The notes under the pieces are model-generated. The model was not told where the DNA came from, made no database searches, and worked only from the letters and a program-made list of their open reading frames with translations. This document shows, piece by piece, positions 42,041 through 56,824 of a stretch of DNA of 64,000 bases (its first letter is position 1; each line of letters begins with the position of its first letter). The stretch lies in the NCBI RefSeq assembly GCF_009914755.1, contig NC_060940.1. One strand, given 5' to 3'. Both the position numbers and the translations under genes were made by a program. Source of the DNA: the human T2T-CHM13v2.0 reference genome, Homo sapiens.

Positions 42041-44386
42041 TTATTTGCCCATTACATATTGAGAGAAATAGGGTCATGATTGTAAAATGTTTACCAGGGA
42101 GCCTGCCACATCAATGCTCAGCAAATGTTACCCACCCACGCCTCCTGGAGCAGGGCACACCACTTCCAGTTTATGTGCTAGGAACCTGTATATTCTAGAG
42201 ACAAGGTAACTCCTACCTTTGGTTCTGGTAACTTTTCATGCTTCCTTCCTCCTGTGAATTGTTTCCATGTGCAAAGCCAGTTCCCAAATTAGTCCCATGG
42301 GGGACACCTCTGGTTGGATTAGGGTTCTGTCTGTCATTCATCCATTGGCTGGTCAAAGACCCATGAGGTCATCTAACCCAGAGGAGGCTGGCCAATTAAC
42401 TTGAGCCCTATCTTCAGGCCTAGTCAGACCGGCTTTCTCTGGATGTGTCCCATAAATAAGAAGAGGATTAGTTAGGTGAGAGCAAGTGGATAATGGAGTT
42501 GAGAGGTGACAGACACAGAGCCATCATTAGGGAGAAAGTTTGCAGAGGAAGAGAGAGATAGATGGAGTAGGTTGTTTCTAGCACTATCTTGAATCCTGAT
42601 GGCTTTTCTGGTTCCGCTTCCATCATAAATATGCTTTCAATATCTATCCCCTACCCCCCTTTAAAGGTGACTATAGTCCCTTAAACAAAGGTGCCCATAT
42701 AACTTTTCATCGGTTGAGAATGAAAAGGAATATGCTGTCTTAGAAGATGCAAAATTCTCTTTTGGGACATTCCTGCTCCGTACATAAAATCAGAGACAGG
42801 TCATGCAACTGTCATTCAGCTCCATCCTTAACTTGTTTCGATGAACCAGTCACACACTTTCCCTGATTGAGCCTCAGTCTCCTCATCTGTCAAACTGCCT
42901 GGACAACCTCTCAGGCTCTGTTATCCCATGAGCCGTAGAGCCTTTGATGCTCTGTGTCTTTGAGGGTGGCCAAGACCATTTTGGGGGGGGATCGGAGACT
43001 CAAGTAGGAATCACAGAGTGAAGGCATCCTGGTTCCTTAGGACCTGGGCAGGACTATCTTGGTGCTTCTGCCTTGTACCCCCTGGTGTCTACAGAAGAAA
43101 TGGAGACATATTATCAACCAAAGAATGAAGATAAATACAGCCTTTGTTGGATTAATATCCCCAGGATTACTCACATCTCCTTCAAAGTGAAGCAAAGATC
43201 ATGTGCCGCCTGACAACCGCCCATCTGGCCCTAGAACAGTCACCATATGGGTAGTTCTCACTAATTATAGTTAAATACTGAAGGGATGGGGTCCAGCGTG
43301 GTGCCTCCTCACATCAGAAGTCCCGTGGTTTCCCGTCTCCCAGGAGCTAGTGGAAAGGTCACGTGGTCACTCTGCTCAGACCTGTCCAGGAGCAAGCAGG
43401 CATGTCATTGAACCTCACCAGAACCAATTTTCTCCAATTCAAAAGTGAAGAAATAATACTCATCCTTCTCTGTGTTAAAAAGAGTTTAACAACAGTGACC
43501 TCTGTGCCAAATAGCCAGTCAAGATCTTGGATCGTAGAGGAATCCAAGAAAACAATTAATAATTTGATAAAACCACATTAGGTTCCTATTATGGATCCAA
43601 GTCCTTGTTCAGTGCACTGCAATTTATATCAAAGACAGAAATATAGAATTATTTTAATTACTTAATTATTTTGCTAGTCCCAGGCAAAAAACCCTTAGTG
43701 AATCATTCTGATCCCAGAAAGGAATTTCCCTTGTAGAAAGCACGTAGCAACCTACAGTGTTGCTTTCTTAAAATAGTTGGAGGTTACATTCTCTCCTTCT
43801 CAAGAAGATAAGGAAATAACTCATTTGAAAGATGAGAAATGTGTTTCCTACACCTGCCTTTGGATAATCACCAAGAGCCATCAATTTAGCTGTGGACCAC
43901 ATGTCAGGTGTGGGACTTAGTTTTGGGTAAGGGGAGGTGGCATATTCAATTTGTGGGTGGATGTTCATCAGTGGTTTCATTCTGCCTGCATTGCTTTGTC
44001 CATTCTAGACCCTGGTTCTCTAGGCACAGCTAGCTTTCCTCACCTATAACACCATCAAAGTAACAACCTTTCTGTGGAGGCTCAAACCTCCACACCCCAA
44101 GAATCCAGGTAGGCAATATATTAATACATGACTAAAGTGGAACAGATGCAAGAAAATACACAGCTCTCTCAGAGTTTGTTAACTGACCCACTTTTTAAAA
44201 AGATGTGGCCACAAGGATATTCTCTTCTGAAACAAAAACAGCAATGACAGTATGATGACAAATGTTAACTGATGCCTGGCTCTAGAGTCTGGGAGACAAT
44301 GAAGTGTGGGAGGGATAGTTCATTAGTGGGAGAGCCCATGCGCTTTGTCAAGGAGGCCCCCTTCTGAACAGCTAACACATGGTTAC

Positions 44387-44749
44387 TGATATGGTTTCGC
44401 TGTGTCCCCACCCCAGTCTCATCTTGAATTGTAGCTCCCATAATTCCCTTGTGTTGCAGGAGGGACCCAGTGGGAGATAATTGAATCATGGGAGCAGTTT
44501 CCCCCATACTGTTCTCATGGTAGTGAATAAGTCTCACGAGATCTGATGGTTTTATAAAGGGAAACCCCTTTCCCTTGGCTCTCATTCTTCTCTCATCTGC
44601 TGCCGTGTGAGACTTGCCTTTCACCTTCTGCCATGATTGTGAGGCCTCCCCAGCCACGTGGAACTGTGAGTCCATTAAACCTCTTTCTTTTGTAAATTGC
44701 CCAGTCTCTGGTAATGTCTTTATCAGCAGTGTGAAAACAGACTAATACG
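44387..44749 (+). mobile_element. THE1B/C solo LTR
   Basis: tgatatggtttcgctgtgtccccacc...gaaaacagactaatacg; perfect TSD gttac. Confidence 0.92.
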
Positions 44750-44881
44750 GTTACCATTCACCAGTGAAGTGCCAACATTGCCAGATAATGGGCTTTTCTA
44801 GAGATACTCTCAAATGGGATATTCATGTGTAATATTCTGATTTTTCTTGATGCAAATTTTAAAAAAAGTACCTGAAGCTTT

Positions 44882-45262
44882 TCATGTGGTTTGGCTCTGT
44901 GTCCCCACTCAAATCTCATGTTGAATTGTAACCTGCAGTGTTGGAGGAGGGGCCTGGTGGGAGGTGATTGGATCATGGGGGCAGACTTCCCCCTGCTGTT
45001 CTTATGACAGTGAGTGAGTTCTCATGAGATCTCATTGTTCAAAAGTGTGTAGCACTTCCCCCTTCACTCTCTCTCTCCTGCTCTGCCATGTAAAGATGTG
45101 CCTGCTTCCCCTTTCATTCCACCAGGATTCTAAGTTTCCTGAGGCCTCCCTAGCCATGCATCCTATACAGCCTTTGGAACTGTGAGTCAATTAAACCTCT
45201 TTTCTTCATAAATTACCCAGTCTCAGGTAGTTCTTAATAGCAATGCAAGAATGCCTAATACA
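44882..45262 (+). mobile_element. MSTA solo LTR
   Basis: gtggtttggctctgtgtccccactcaaatctcatgttgaattg...gcaagaatgcctaataca; perfect TSD gcttt. Confidence 0.9.
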
Positions 45263-45299
45263 GCTTTCAAGTATTATTTTTAAAAAGAGGCACCACCTT

Positions 45300-45588
45300 T
45301 ACTCTGGCTTGGCTGAAGTGATAAGATGTGAGGCTACCAGGGGCCTTCTTGTCAGTCTAAGGAGACAGCTTACCCAACGTGTCACCAGCACAGAAGAAAC
45401 AGAGCTGAGGGATGGTAAGCATCTGAGTCCTGGTGATGTCATTTGAATCCCTGGATCCAGCCACACCTGAAGCTTCCAGTATCCCTAAACTTCCTAATTG
45501 CATAGCCTAACAATCTCTTCTTTTTGCTTACGTCAGTTAGAGTTATGGCTCTTTTACTTGCAACAGAAAAACAATCCTAATCAATACA
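45300..45588 (+). mobile_element. Old MLT1 (J/K-like) LTR 3' half
   Basis: cctggatccagccacacctgaag...acttgcaacagaaaaacaatcctaatcaataca. Confidence 0.7.
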
Positions 45589-46594
45589 AGGACCTCAGCG
45601 TCATTCATGAATAATTGATAACAACATTGTTCAGCATGAGCATGCCAAATATCTGCTGATATTTGAAGTGGCTGGAAAAGAGTATGTGTTGAGGCTGAGC
45701 AGATTGTACAGATAGGAAGAGGAGACATCATAGATAGCCTAGGGTGCTTTCCTTAGCAAGCCAGTGAAGGGTTTGGGAGATGGCCACAGCATTCAGTCTT
45801 GGGATTTTATTTGGAAGTCTGGCTTCTACACTGCACGTCCTGCCTTTTTTTCTGCTAGTTGGTTCCAGGGCAGTAAAGGGTCTGCCTCCTGAGTGATGGG
45901 ATGGAAAGATTAGGCCCATGTTTTCTGGAGTTCTAATACCTCTGAGCCTGTTACAGACTCATTTGACTGGTTTGTAATCTCCAGGTGAATGTATAGTAAG
46001 CAGAAGCTCTCCTGGCACTTTGAATACATAATACAGTAAAGCAAAAGTCACGATAATGGAAGAACAAATGGCACAATATTTTCCTAAGTGTATTTGGGTT
46101 AGATTTACGTTAGACTTGGGAACCTGGCAATTTAATAGGTGGGAAAACTTTCATCAAACTTCAGAAGTACATGTATAATTCATGGCCTCTTGGTACATGG
46201 AATTTCAGGGAGGGATTCTAACCTGAGAGACACAGTATGACACAGAGCAAAATACTGTCACCTGTCCCCTTGCTGAGCCTTCTCTTGCAATTTATGGGGA
46301 TTGTCAGTTACTAACCATCTAAATAACTCATCTCCATGCCAGAGATTATAACTGGAGCAGAAAATACCGGAGCTCAATCCCTTATTGTGACTTTTTTTTT
46401 TTTTTTTTTTGAAAATGGGACACAGTCTGGTCTGTATGGGTGTCACCAAGTTAGAGCTGTCATAACTTAAGGGCTATTAGGTACTTTTTGCCATATCAAT
46501 CTTTCACCTTATTATTTTACAAGGGTCCTAAAGTTCATGCAAGAAGCACTGAAATGGAACCAGTGGAGAGAGGATGATAAGACGTTGTTTTCAT

Positions 46595-47170
46595 ATCCTA
46601 ATAGCAAAGGCTCTGAGATTAAACAGACTTGGATTTGAATCAGGATTTCTTCAGTTACAATCTGCTGTCTTAAATAGCTAATTTATCTCTCTGAGCCTCA
46701 GTCCTTATCAATAAAATGGGAGCAACAGTAGCACCGACATAGAAGTTGTGCATAGAATGGGTGTTCCCTCGTGCTTCTTTTAATAAAATGAAGAATTCAT
46801 GAATTTCAAGCATAATACCCATAGTAGATTTTTCCTTTTTTGTTTGTGTGTGTTTGTTTTGAGAAAGAGGTGTGGAGAAAAAAAAGGGAGAAAGAGAGAG
46901 AGTATAACAGCATGGTGTTTAACCATCTGGACTTTGAGGCCAATCTGCTGAGGTTCGAGTTAAAGGCTCTGCTACCAGTTTGTTGAGTAACCTGCTCAAA
47001 CGACTTAACTCTGAGTGCCTCAGTTAGTTTTCCATAATGTGGAGATAATAACACTATTTAGATCTTAGATTGTTATGAAAGTTACATGAATAAATATATA
47101 TAAAGTGTTTGGAATAGTGCCTGGAAAATAATGTACTATACACCTTAGCTATCAGCAATGATTATATTAT
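46595..47170 (+). mobile_element. Two MIRs
   Basis: ctctctgagcctcagt...aaaatggg; cttaactctgagtgcctcagtt...gaatagtgcctgg. Confidence 0.75.
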
Positions 47171-47819
47171 TATTAATTGGACTCTGCTATTATTTCTTTA
47201 GAAATGATAAAGGTAATTACTCATTTGATGTGGAGGGCTATAAGATTTGGAAGGATGATTAAAAGTATGGTAAACTTTAGATTTAGTCATTCCTGATTTA
47301 AGATGTGCTCAACCTTCATTTCTACATCTATAAAATGTGAACAATAATTGCTACCTCTTGGGACTAATTGACAGCATGGTATACCAGCCTTGGACACAGT
47401 GGCTGTCAAGATTATCTCTCATTTTACAGAGGAGGAAGTATGGGAGGATAAGCCATCTGCCTACATACACACAAATGGCTTAACCTCCTATATTTGGCCA
47501 GGTGTCTTTCCCAAAATTCTTTGCCTTTTTCGCTCCCCAGATGCTTCCTCTTCTAAAGGAATATGGGAACATATAGGGGACAGTGTTATCCTTTGGATGT
47601 GATGGTGCCTTGTGAATTGATGCATTAGTTGGGGTATACTGGAGAATTCATCTGTTTTGAAAACTCCCCTTGAGGTGAGTCCTCAGTGGCCGTGTTCCTG
47701 CCATGTGACCTCAGCCTTTTGTTATGTGATTGGACCAGGGTAGACACATGATCAAAACTGTCCCAGTCAGATTCACCCTCTGGGGAGCTGGAAATCAGAA
47801 GTTGAGTCTTTACAAACCC

Positions 47820-48410
47820 TCCACCACAATCCGGACAGGGGGACCCTTTTGAAAGGCAAATCTAAAAATCAGTCACTTTTTCCCTGCTTCAAACAGCTCT
47901 GTGGCTCCCTATTGCTCTTATCCAGCCTGGCCTTAGCCATGATGGCCCTGCAAGGCTTTAACTCATGTCATCTCATCTTTCATTTTAGTGCTGCAGCCAC
48001 ACTGGACTTTGTTGCCCCTTGAGCTCAAAATGTGTCCTCTTGCTACCGGGCCTTTGCACATGCTGTTCCTTCTGCAGGGAACACAAGCCCACTCTCCACT
48101 CCACTCTCTTTCTCCTCTTTCCAATATAATTTCCATGGTTACTTTCTCATGCAAACCTTCCCTAATCTCCCTGACTGGGTCAAATTTGTCTACTGTGGGT
48201 TTTCATTGCACTGTGTGCCTTTCTATCAAAACACTAACCACAGTTGTGATTATACATTTGTATGTATGATTATTTGATTAATAACTGTCTTTCCCAGCAG
48301 ACTCCAAGCTCCACTGGGAAGGATCCATGTTTATTTCTCTCCACTTCTGTATCCCCAGCACCTGGCACAGTGCTTGCCCATTGTAGATACTCAATAAATA
48401 CTTGCCAAGA
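47820..48410 (+). mobile_element. L2a 3' portion
   Basis: cagccacactggac...gggcctttgcacatgctgttccttctgc...ctgtatccccagcacctggcacagtg...ctcaataaatacttg. Confidence 0.85.
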
Positions 48411-49084
48411 AAATGAAGAAGAATCAGGGATGTGTAGAGCTACCAGGTGAAAGTCCACAAACCACTGCTGCTGAGATTCTTAGAGTTGTCTTTGTCCCCA
48501 CCCTTGCCTGTCTTAAAGTATGCTTTTTTCTTCACATTTTCTGCAGATTCAATAAAAGACCCTCAACATCCTTTCATTGAATTCCCATGTTTTGTTTAAT
48601 CTTGTATGAGTGGATTCCTCTTCCCTGCAACCCAATAAAACCTTTCATGCTGCTGTAAGGAGATGGAGATTGAAAAAAATCCCAAGGGTTTTCTTCCCCC
48701 AAGATGATTCAAAATGAGGACAAATAACAGAGGCAATGATGATGACCATCACTCTGAGAAACATAAAAGATGTCTATAGTTTATACCTGCTGTTATTTCT
48801 ACTCTGACGCAGCAGACAACCTATCAGGTCAGGAAGCATTATTCTAGTTACCTCTGGTCCTAGTAAAGTTTTATCTTCAGTTCTTACAGTGCCTTTGCTA
48901 ACCTGTATTTGTTTCTCCATTTTAAACACGCTTTCCTCCCACAGACCCTGTTTGAGTTAATCAGTAACCTATTCAAAGGCAAAACTCTCCTTAAAGGAAA
49001 CATTGATAACAACATGTAAGGATCCTATCTATACGTAGCAGAGACATACTGATTCATTTGAAACCTTTAAAAGTATCTCAGTCT

Positions 49085-50560
<1,476 letters not shown>

Positions 50561-51859
50561 TACATACCTTTTCTTTCATAAAACTTTTACATTTTCCCAC
50601 TTTTTTCTTTTTCTCTCTAGTACCACAAATAAAATGCTAATCATCATCTAATCACCATGCTAATAAAATGCTAATCACCATGTGGTGTGGGAGTCACCTG
50701 CTCCCACACCACATCCTCAGGACAATCCCTTCAGTCAAAAATGTAAAGCATATTCCATGAAGTGATGCTGGGATTCTGGCCTCTAGATGGAGAAGGACTT
50801 GGTCTGGGAGGAAAATAATCATCAACTGCTTTACAAAAAAGTGAGAAATCCTATAATTAAAGTCCTAGTTGATTCACATATTTGTATCCTGAAAGCCATT
50901 TCTTTCAGAATTGTAGTTCATTATCCTAAAGCAATTGATCTCTGGTGCTTGTATGTTTAAAAGTGTAAGAAGCATCCTGACAGAAAGGCTGACTAATTAT
51001 ATTAGGCATCATGATCTTTAATTAGATCAATAGGAGAAGAGCATCAGTAAACATCTTGAGAAGCTTTTGTTACATTGGCTGGGTCCTCCAAGAAACCCCA
51101 GCATCAATACTAATCCATAAGAAAGTGTTCAGAAAAACACGGTGGATTAACAAGGAGAGAAAGGATAATTTGGATAAAATTAATCATTGTTGTTATAGGA
51201 CAAAAGCAAAAATCAGCTTAGCAAATGGGTCCAGAGCATTAAAGACCATGCCCTTCTCTGCCACAGCCTCAGGACTACTCTCAGCTTCACAACCCATGAC
51301 GGTCTGTTGGCAGAGACAAATGACAATTTCATCACCAATGTATACTACTCTTCAAGGGAAAACCCTGGAATTATTTTACTTATAATGAAATCACCCAAGA
51401 AACCCACTGAGTGTGAATCACAGGGCAGAATCAAAGCTTTTCTTACTCACTGACTTTGTGGAGGGTGAGGGTGGAGAGTGATGGGATTGGAGAACCAGCC
51501 AGTAGGTCTGTATTTGGCTATCATTTAGATCTTGGTTTTATAACAATTCATCTACGAAAGGTTTGTGTGTGTATAGGAATGGGGGGTGGAAATTACTACA
51601 TACCAGGAATGGTTCCAAGTGCTGCAAACTTGTTTTCCCCCATCATTCCTTTTTTAGCTCTTCTTCCTTCTTCCTCCTCTATGCCCTTTTCTTATTTCTG
51701 AGGGTTCTCTAAAGCTGTGGCAGAATTCAAAATTATTTTCTAAAGATCAGATCCTTGCAATATGTTTTCCCATAGTGCATCTGCCACCAAATAGAATAAC
51801 ATGGTAATAATATTGATAATAATGATAACAGTAGAAACTATCATAGTGGCAACAATAGT

Positions 51860-52085
51860 GACACAATGGCCATATGTACTGAGTTCATACCATTTGCCAG
51901 GCATGATGATAAGCACTTACAATAGATGCTATTATTGGTCTCATTTTATAGGTGGAGAAACTGAAGGCACAGCAAAGTGAATATATATGCCCCAAATCTC
52001 ACAACCAGTAAATGACAGAGTCCAAGTTTGAGCCCAAGAAGCATGCCTCCAAATCCTATGTTCTTGGTCATTACACTATAGTAAG
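51860..52085 (-). mobile_element. MIR SINE
   Basis: cattttataggtggagaaactgaaggcacag...tttgagcccaag. Confidence 0.8.
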
Positions 52086-52328
52086 GACCTCAAAGGAGGC
52101 ATTAGTCCTCTTGGCTTCTCTTAGCAGGAAAGAGCTAAGATAAGTCACTCTGTTCATTCTACAGGTAGAGAACACTGAGTCTCCAAGGGCCTGCAACATT
52201 CCCCATGTATGTAGAATTGGAAGGAAGGAGAGGGAGGCCAACCCAGAGTAATTTCATAATTTTTGAATAAATCTCTACTGTGACTTGTTTAGTGGGTCAC
52301 CCAAGCTGCTTGCTTGGGTACATTAAAC

Positions 52329-53192
52329 TTCTTTTTTTTAAATTTTATTTTAACTTCAGGATACAAGTGCAGGTTTGTTATATAGGTAACCTTGTGTCAT
52401 TGGAGTTTATTGTACAGATTATTTCATCACTCAGGTATTAAGCCTAATACCCATTAGTTATTTTTCCTGATCCTCTCCCTCCTCCCATCCTCCACCTCTG
52501 AAAGGCCCAAGTGTGTGCTGTTCCCCTCTGTGTTCATGTGTTCTCATCATTTAGCTCCCACTTGTAAGTGAGAACATGTGGTATTTGGTTTTCTGTTCCT
52601 GTGTTAGTTTGCTAAGGATACCGGCTTCCAGCTCCATCCATGTCCCTGCAAAGGACATAATTATGTTCTTTTTTTATTGCTACACAGTATTCCATGGTGT
52701 ACATGTGCCACATTTTCTTAATCCAGTCTATCACTGATGGGCATTTAGGTTGATTTTATGTCTTTGCTATTGTGAATAGTGCTTCAATGAACATACATGT
52801 GCATGTGCCTTTATAATAGAATGATTTATATTCTATTATACCCAGTAATGGTCTTGCTGGGTCGAATAGTATTTCTATCTTTAGGTCTTTGATGAATCAC
52901 TACACTGTCTCCACAATGGCTGAACTAATTTACATTCCCACCAACAGTGTATAAGTGTTTCTTTTTCTCCACGACCTCACCAGCATCTGTTATTTTTTGA
53001 CTTTTTAATAATAGCCATTCTGACTGTTGTTAGATAATATCTCATTGTGGTTTTGATTTGCATTTCTCTAATCATCAGTGACATTGGGCTTGTTTTCCTA
53101 TGATTGTTGGCCTCATATATGTCTTCTTTTGAAAAAGGTTCATTCAGGTCCTTCGCCCAATTCTTTATGGGGTTGTTTTACTCTTGTAAAAA
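52329..53192 (-). mobile_element. L1PA13-16-type 3' fragment (~860 bp)
   Basis: gtgcaggtttgttatataggtaa...catcactcaggtattaagcc...cccaccaacagtgtataag... Confidence 0.9.
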
Positions 53193-53510
53193 ATTTTTTT
53201 AAAAATTTCTGTAAGTTTAAGGGGTACAAGTGCAGCTTTGTTACAGGAATAGTGGTAAAGCCTGGGCTTTTAGTGTAACCATCACCCAAATATTGTATAT
53301 TGTACCCATTAAGTAATTTCTCATCCCTCATCCTTCTTCCACTCTCCTACATTTTCAAGTGTCCAGTGTCTATCATTCCATGCTCCATGTCCATGCATAT
53401 GCATTCTTTGGCTTCCCCTTCTAAGTGAGAACATATGGTATTTGACTTTCTGTTTCTGAGTTATTTCACTGAAGATAACGGCCTTCAGTTTCATGCAAGT
53501 TACTGCAAAA
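53193..53510 (-). mobile_element. L1PB4-like 3' fragment
   Basis: ggggtacaagtgcagctttgttac...gggcttttagtgtaaccatcaccc...gttactgcaaaag. Confidence 0.8.
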
Positions 53511-54404
53511 GCTTAAATCGGCTGCGACGCCACCAGATATTCATGGGCTAAAGACCCCTACAGCTTTATAGAGCACCTGATGGTCAAGGAAGGTCTCAGG
53601 CAAAACTGGGTTTCCTGAAGACTAGGCCAGACTTGGTCGTCTCTGAATCAAGTGCATCAGTGTCGACCGAAAACAGCCTTCTATTAAATGTACCAATTTT
53701 TGACAATTCCTTTGGAATAGGATTACAAAAGCTACTATTGACCCTTGTTGTTGGCTTTCACAAAGGATGTCAAGAACAAAAAAATTGAGGTAATAGTAAT
53801 CTCCCACTCATGGCATGTTATCATTCTTCGTGGTGGAAGTCTCTTTTATTTTATTATTTATGTTTGTATTTGTATAATTTTTTCTCTAAGAACTAAAAAT
53901 AGAACTATCATTTGATCCAGCAGTCAAGTGGTGTCTACCCAAAGGAAAATAAACCATTCTATTTTATTATTTTTATTTCCCCTTTTCCCCTACCATACCG
54001 TATACACCCCAGTGGACTTAATACGTATACTTCAAGTAACCTTCCATGTTTTATAATCATTTAATATTTACCTGCACCCTTAAAAAATATGGTGGTGCTT
54101 GCGTGTGCATGTTCTTAATTTGCATAAATAGTATTGTGCTATAAATCCCAACCTGTTTCCTACTTTTCTTCCTTCATGCTGGGTTTTGAGATTTATTCAC
54201 ATTTGTTCTATGTAATGTGGCATGTGGATCTCTGGTTTTCTGGCCATCTTTTATGCTCTGACTTCATTCATTGACTCAAAAACAATCAAAGGAAAGTTGT
54301 ATTGTGCTTATGTAGTTTCTTTTTAGTTCTTTTCCTGATGATGTGAGAAAATACAATGTCAAGGATGCATTTTTTATTTCAACCAAAGAAAAGGAGGGAA
54401 AATT

Positions 54405-54615
54405 GCCATTTCTGAACACTTGCTCAACCACTTTTTTGAGCACGGGGTCAGGTATAGTATACTTATTTAATTCTTAAACCAATCCTATGAGGGAGAGAAC
54501 ATTATCTCCATTTTATCAGATGAGGATCCTGGGGTCATAGCCTCAGCATAAAGGCTGCATACCTCGTTTGGGCACTCAGATATTTTAGGAGGCAGAGGTA
54601 GTACTCAAACACATC
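54405..54615 (-). mobile_element. MIR SINE
   Basis: aatcctatgaggg...attatctccattttatcagatgagg. Confidence 0.65.
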
Positions 54616-55044
54616 TTTTATTGAGTCCATCCATAATCCTATTCCAAGTAAAATCACTCTACACAAGGCCAGTACCCACATAGGCTCACAGAAATCCTGC
54701 ACTTACATGTCTTCCTTTTTCAGGGCATAGTGCAGGGACAATAGTTGTTTAGAGCGGGTGCAAAAGGAAACTCGAGGACTTCTTTCAAAAGAGCACTGCA
54801 TTTCTGGACAAAGAAAAAAATACTAAAGTGAACTTGGCTCAACTAAAATTCTGGGAGATATTATCCATAAATGATGTAATTTAGTTTTTAGGGGCCCCTG
54901 ATTGACATAAGAACACTGGGTTATTTCTAGAATGAGTGTTGTGTCTGGCCTGTCTTCATTCTCCTGCAGAATTTCTTCTTTTTCTTCACCATCTTTAAGA
55001 TGTACTATTGTTGCCCAGAGCTCCTCAATTTTTTTTCTGACAAT

Positions 55045-55358
55045 TGTGGAAGGTAGAATAACGTACCCCCCCCAAAGATGTCCACATCTTAATCCCAAGA
55101 ACTTGTGAATATGTTGCATTACATGGCAAAGAGGAATTAGGATTGCAGATGGAATTAAGATTGCTAATCAGCTGACCTTAAAATAGGGAGATTATCCTGG
55201 ATAAGCCAGCTGGGCCTAATGTAATCACATAGTCACAAGGGTGAGTGAGGCTTGTGTTGAATTTCCAACCCACATAACTATAAAATAATATATTTGTGTT
55301 GTTTTTTAGCCACTAAGTCTGTGGTTAGTTGTTATGGCAGCCACAGAAAATTAATACA
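55045..55358 (+). mobile_element. MLT1D-like LTR, internally deleted
   Basis: tgtggaaggtagaataac...ccaaagatgtccacatcttaatccc...cacagaaaattaataca; TSD acaat / ataat. Confidence 0.85.
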
Positions 55359-55373
55359 ATAATAACGTTAAGA

Positions 55374-55615
55374 CAGGTTTAGTATCCCATATCTAAAATG
55401 CTTGACACCAGAAGTATTTCAGACTCTGGAATTTTCTTTTTTGATTTTTGAATATTTGCATTAGATTTAACAGTGTCGGCATCTCTAATCCAAAAATTCG
55501 TAATCCAAAATGCTCCAATGAGCATCTCCTTTGAGCACCATATTCACGCTCCAAAAGTGTGAGATTTTGGAACACCTCAAATTTTGGATTTTTTTGATTA
55601 CAGAGGCTCAACCTA
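55374..55615. mobile_element. Tigger4a-like MITE
   Basis: caggtttagtatcccatatctaaaatgcttg...ccaaaatgctccaatgagcat...gctcaacct; about 240 bp. Confidence 0.85.
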
Positions 55616-55793
55616 TATTTCTCACATACTTTTACATGTCAGCAGTTTTGTGCTAAGCATCTCACATGAGGCATGTACTATTATCGCCCTTAATGTACGG
55701 GTGAGGAATCTGAGAGGTACCCTGGTTGAGTAATTTGCCTAAGAACAGCTGGCAATTTGTCGAGCTGATGCCTGGTGCCTGACTCTGTAACCA

Positions 55794-55869
55794 ATCAAGC
55801 AGCAGCCATTCAGTCTCCACAGTCCCACTTAACCAACCACAGACAGAGACTGAATGGCTGCTGCTTGAT
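55794..55869. repeat. Perfect 24-bp inverted repeat with 28-nt spacer
   Basis: atcaagcagcagccattcagtctc (55794-55817) / gagactgaatggctgctgcttgat (55846-55869). Confidence 0.95.
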
Positions 55870-56824
55870 GGGATTCTGAATTATGTTAGAGACAATCTGA
55901 TTGGTCCTGTTTGAATCATTGTGATCAGCTCTAGTCTAATCAGACTATGCTCAGGGAAGTGGGATCCTGTAGGACAATCATGGAGGTCCGATCTGCATTT
56001 GTAGATTGAAGGGGCCCGAGAAGAGGAAGATTCACGGAACAACTTGTCTTTTTACCAAAAGCTGCCTGTTACAGAGTTCCCTCATTTGTATACTTTGTGG
56101 CCTCACCAGCTTGTTTTCTCTTTGCACTCTCCATTTGCCTCGGACTAACATCCCCCTTTGCCAGAGTGGGTAGGTTAGTGGCCCACAGAGTCATTTCCAA
56201 ACACTGTTCCCTCATGCACACACCCACTCTTGACATTTGTTCTTTGAAATTACCAAGCCAGTGTGTCTGTTCTGTTCTCTAGCCTGGTAAGGGGCTCTTT
56301 GTAACCAAGGAAATAGATCTGCTTTTGAACCAAAGAGATAGATAAGAGGCATATAATTCCCATCTAGGATCTTTATATAGCAAATATCAACTCCCTTTGT
56401 TCTCTTAATTCCCACCAGCAAAATGCCAGTGAGGTTTGCAAGGCAGCATCGGTTTAGATTTTCCTGTTGACTGATATTCAGTAGGTCTTAACCACCCGCA
56501 GTGTTAACACATAGTGACTTGCATGGACGAGGGGGTCTCATAGAGGCAGCTCTGGGTTCTTCAGAAAATATTAAAAACTTGCCTAAAGAATGAGAGCGGT
56601 TGAAGTGATAGGGGACAGACTCTAGAGATGCGTATGTGACTTTGCTGATTAAGCACCAGCTCTCTGGAGGTCAAGTGCCAGGTTCCTGAGAACACTGGAA
56701 TACAAAGAGAAGGAGGAGGTACTGGGAGCTCTAATACCACACAGAGCCACTGCTGCACTCACTGATCCACTGGCAGTTGTAGCATTTCTGTTGCAACAAG
56801 TGCCCTTTGAGTTAGCATGATTAG

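Noticed and set aside
42170-42700. Possible very old ERVL-type LTR (also 47480-47810 and 48420-48650)
   Set aside because: Only vague similarity; I cannot set family or boundaries without a profile search.
53511-53680. Six CpGs next to the L1PB 5' junction and a partial CTCF-like gccaccag
   Set aside because: The enrichment is modest and the CTCF core lacks its 3' GGCG half.
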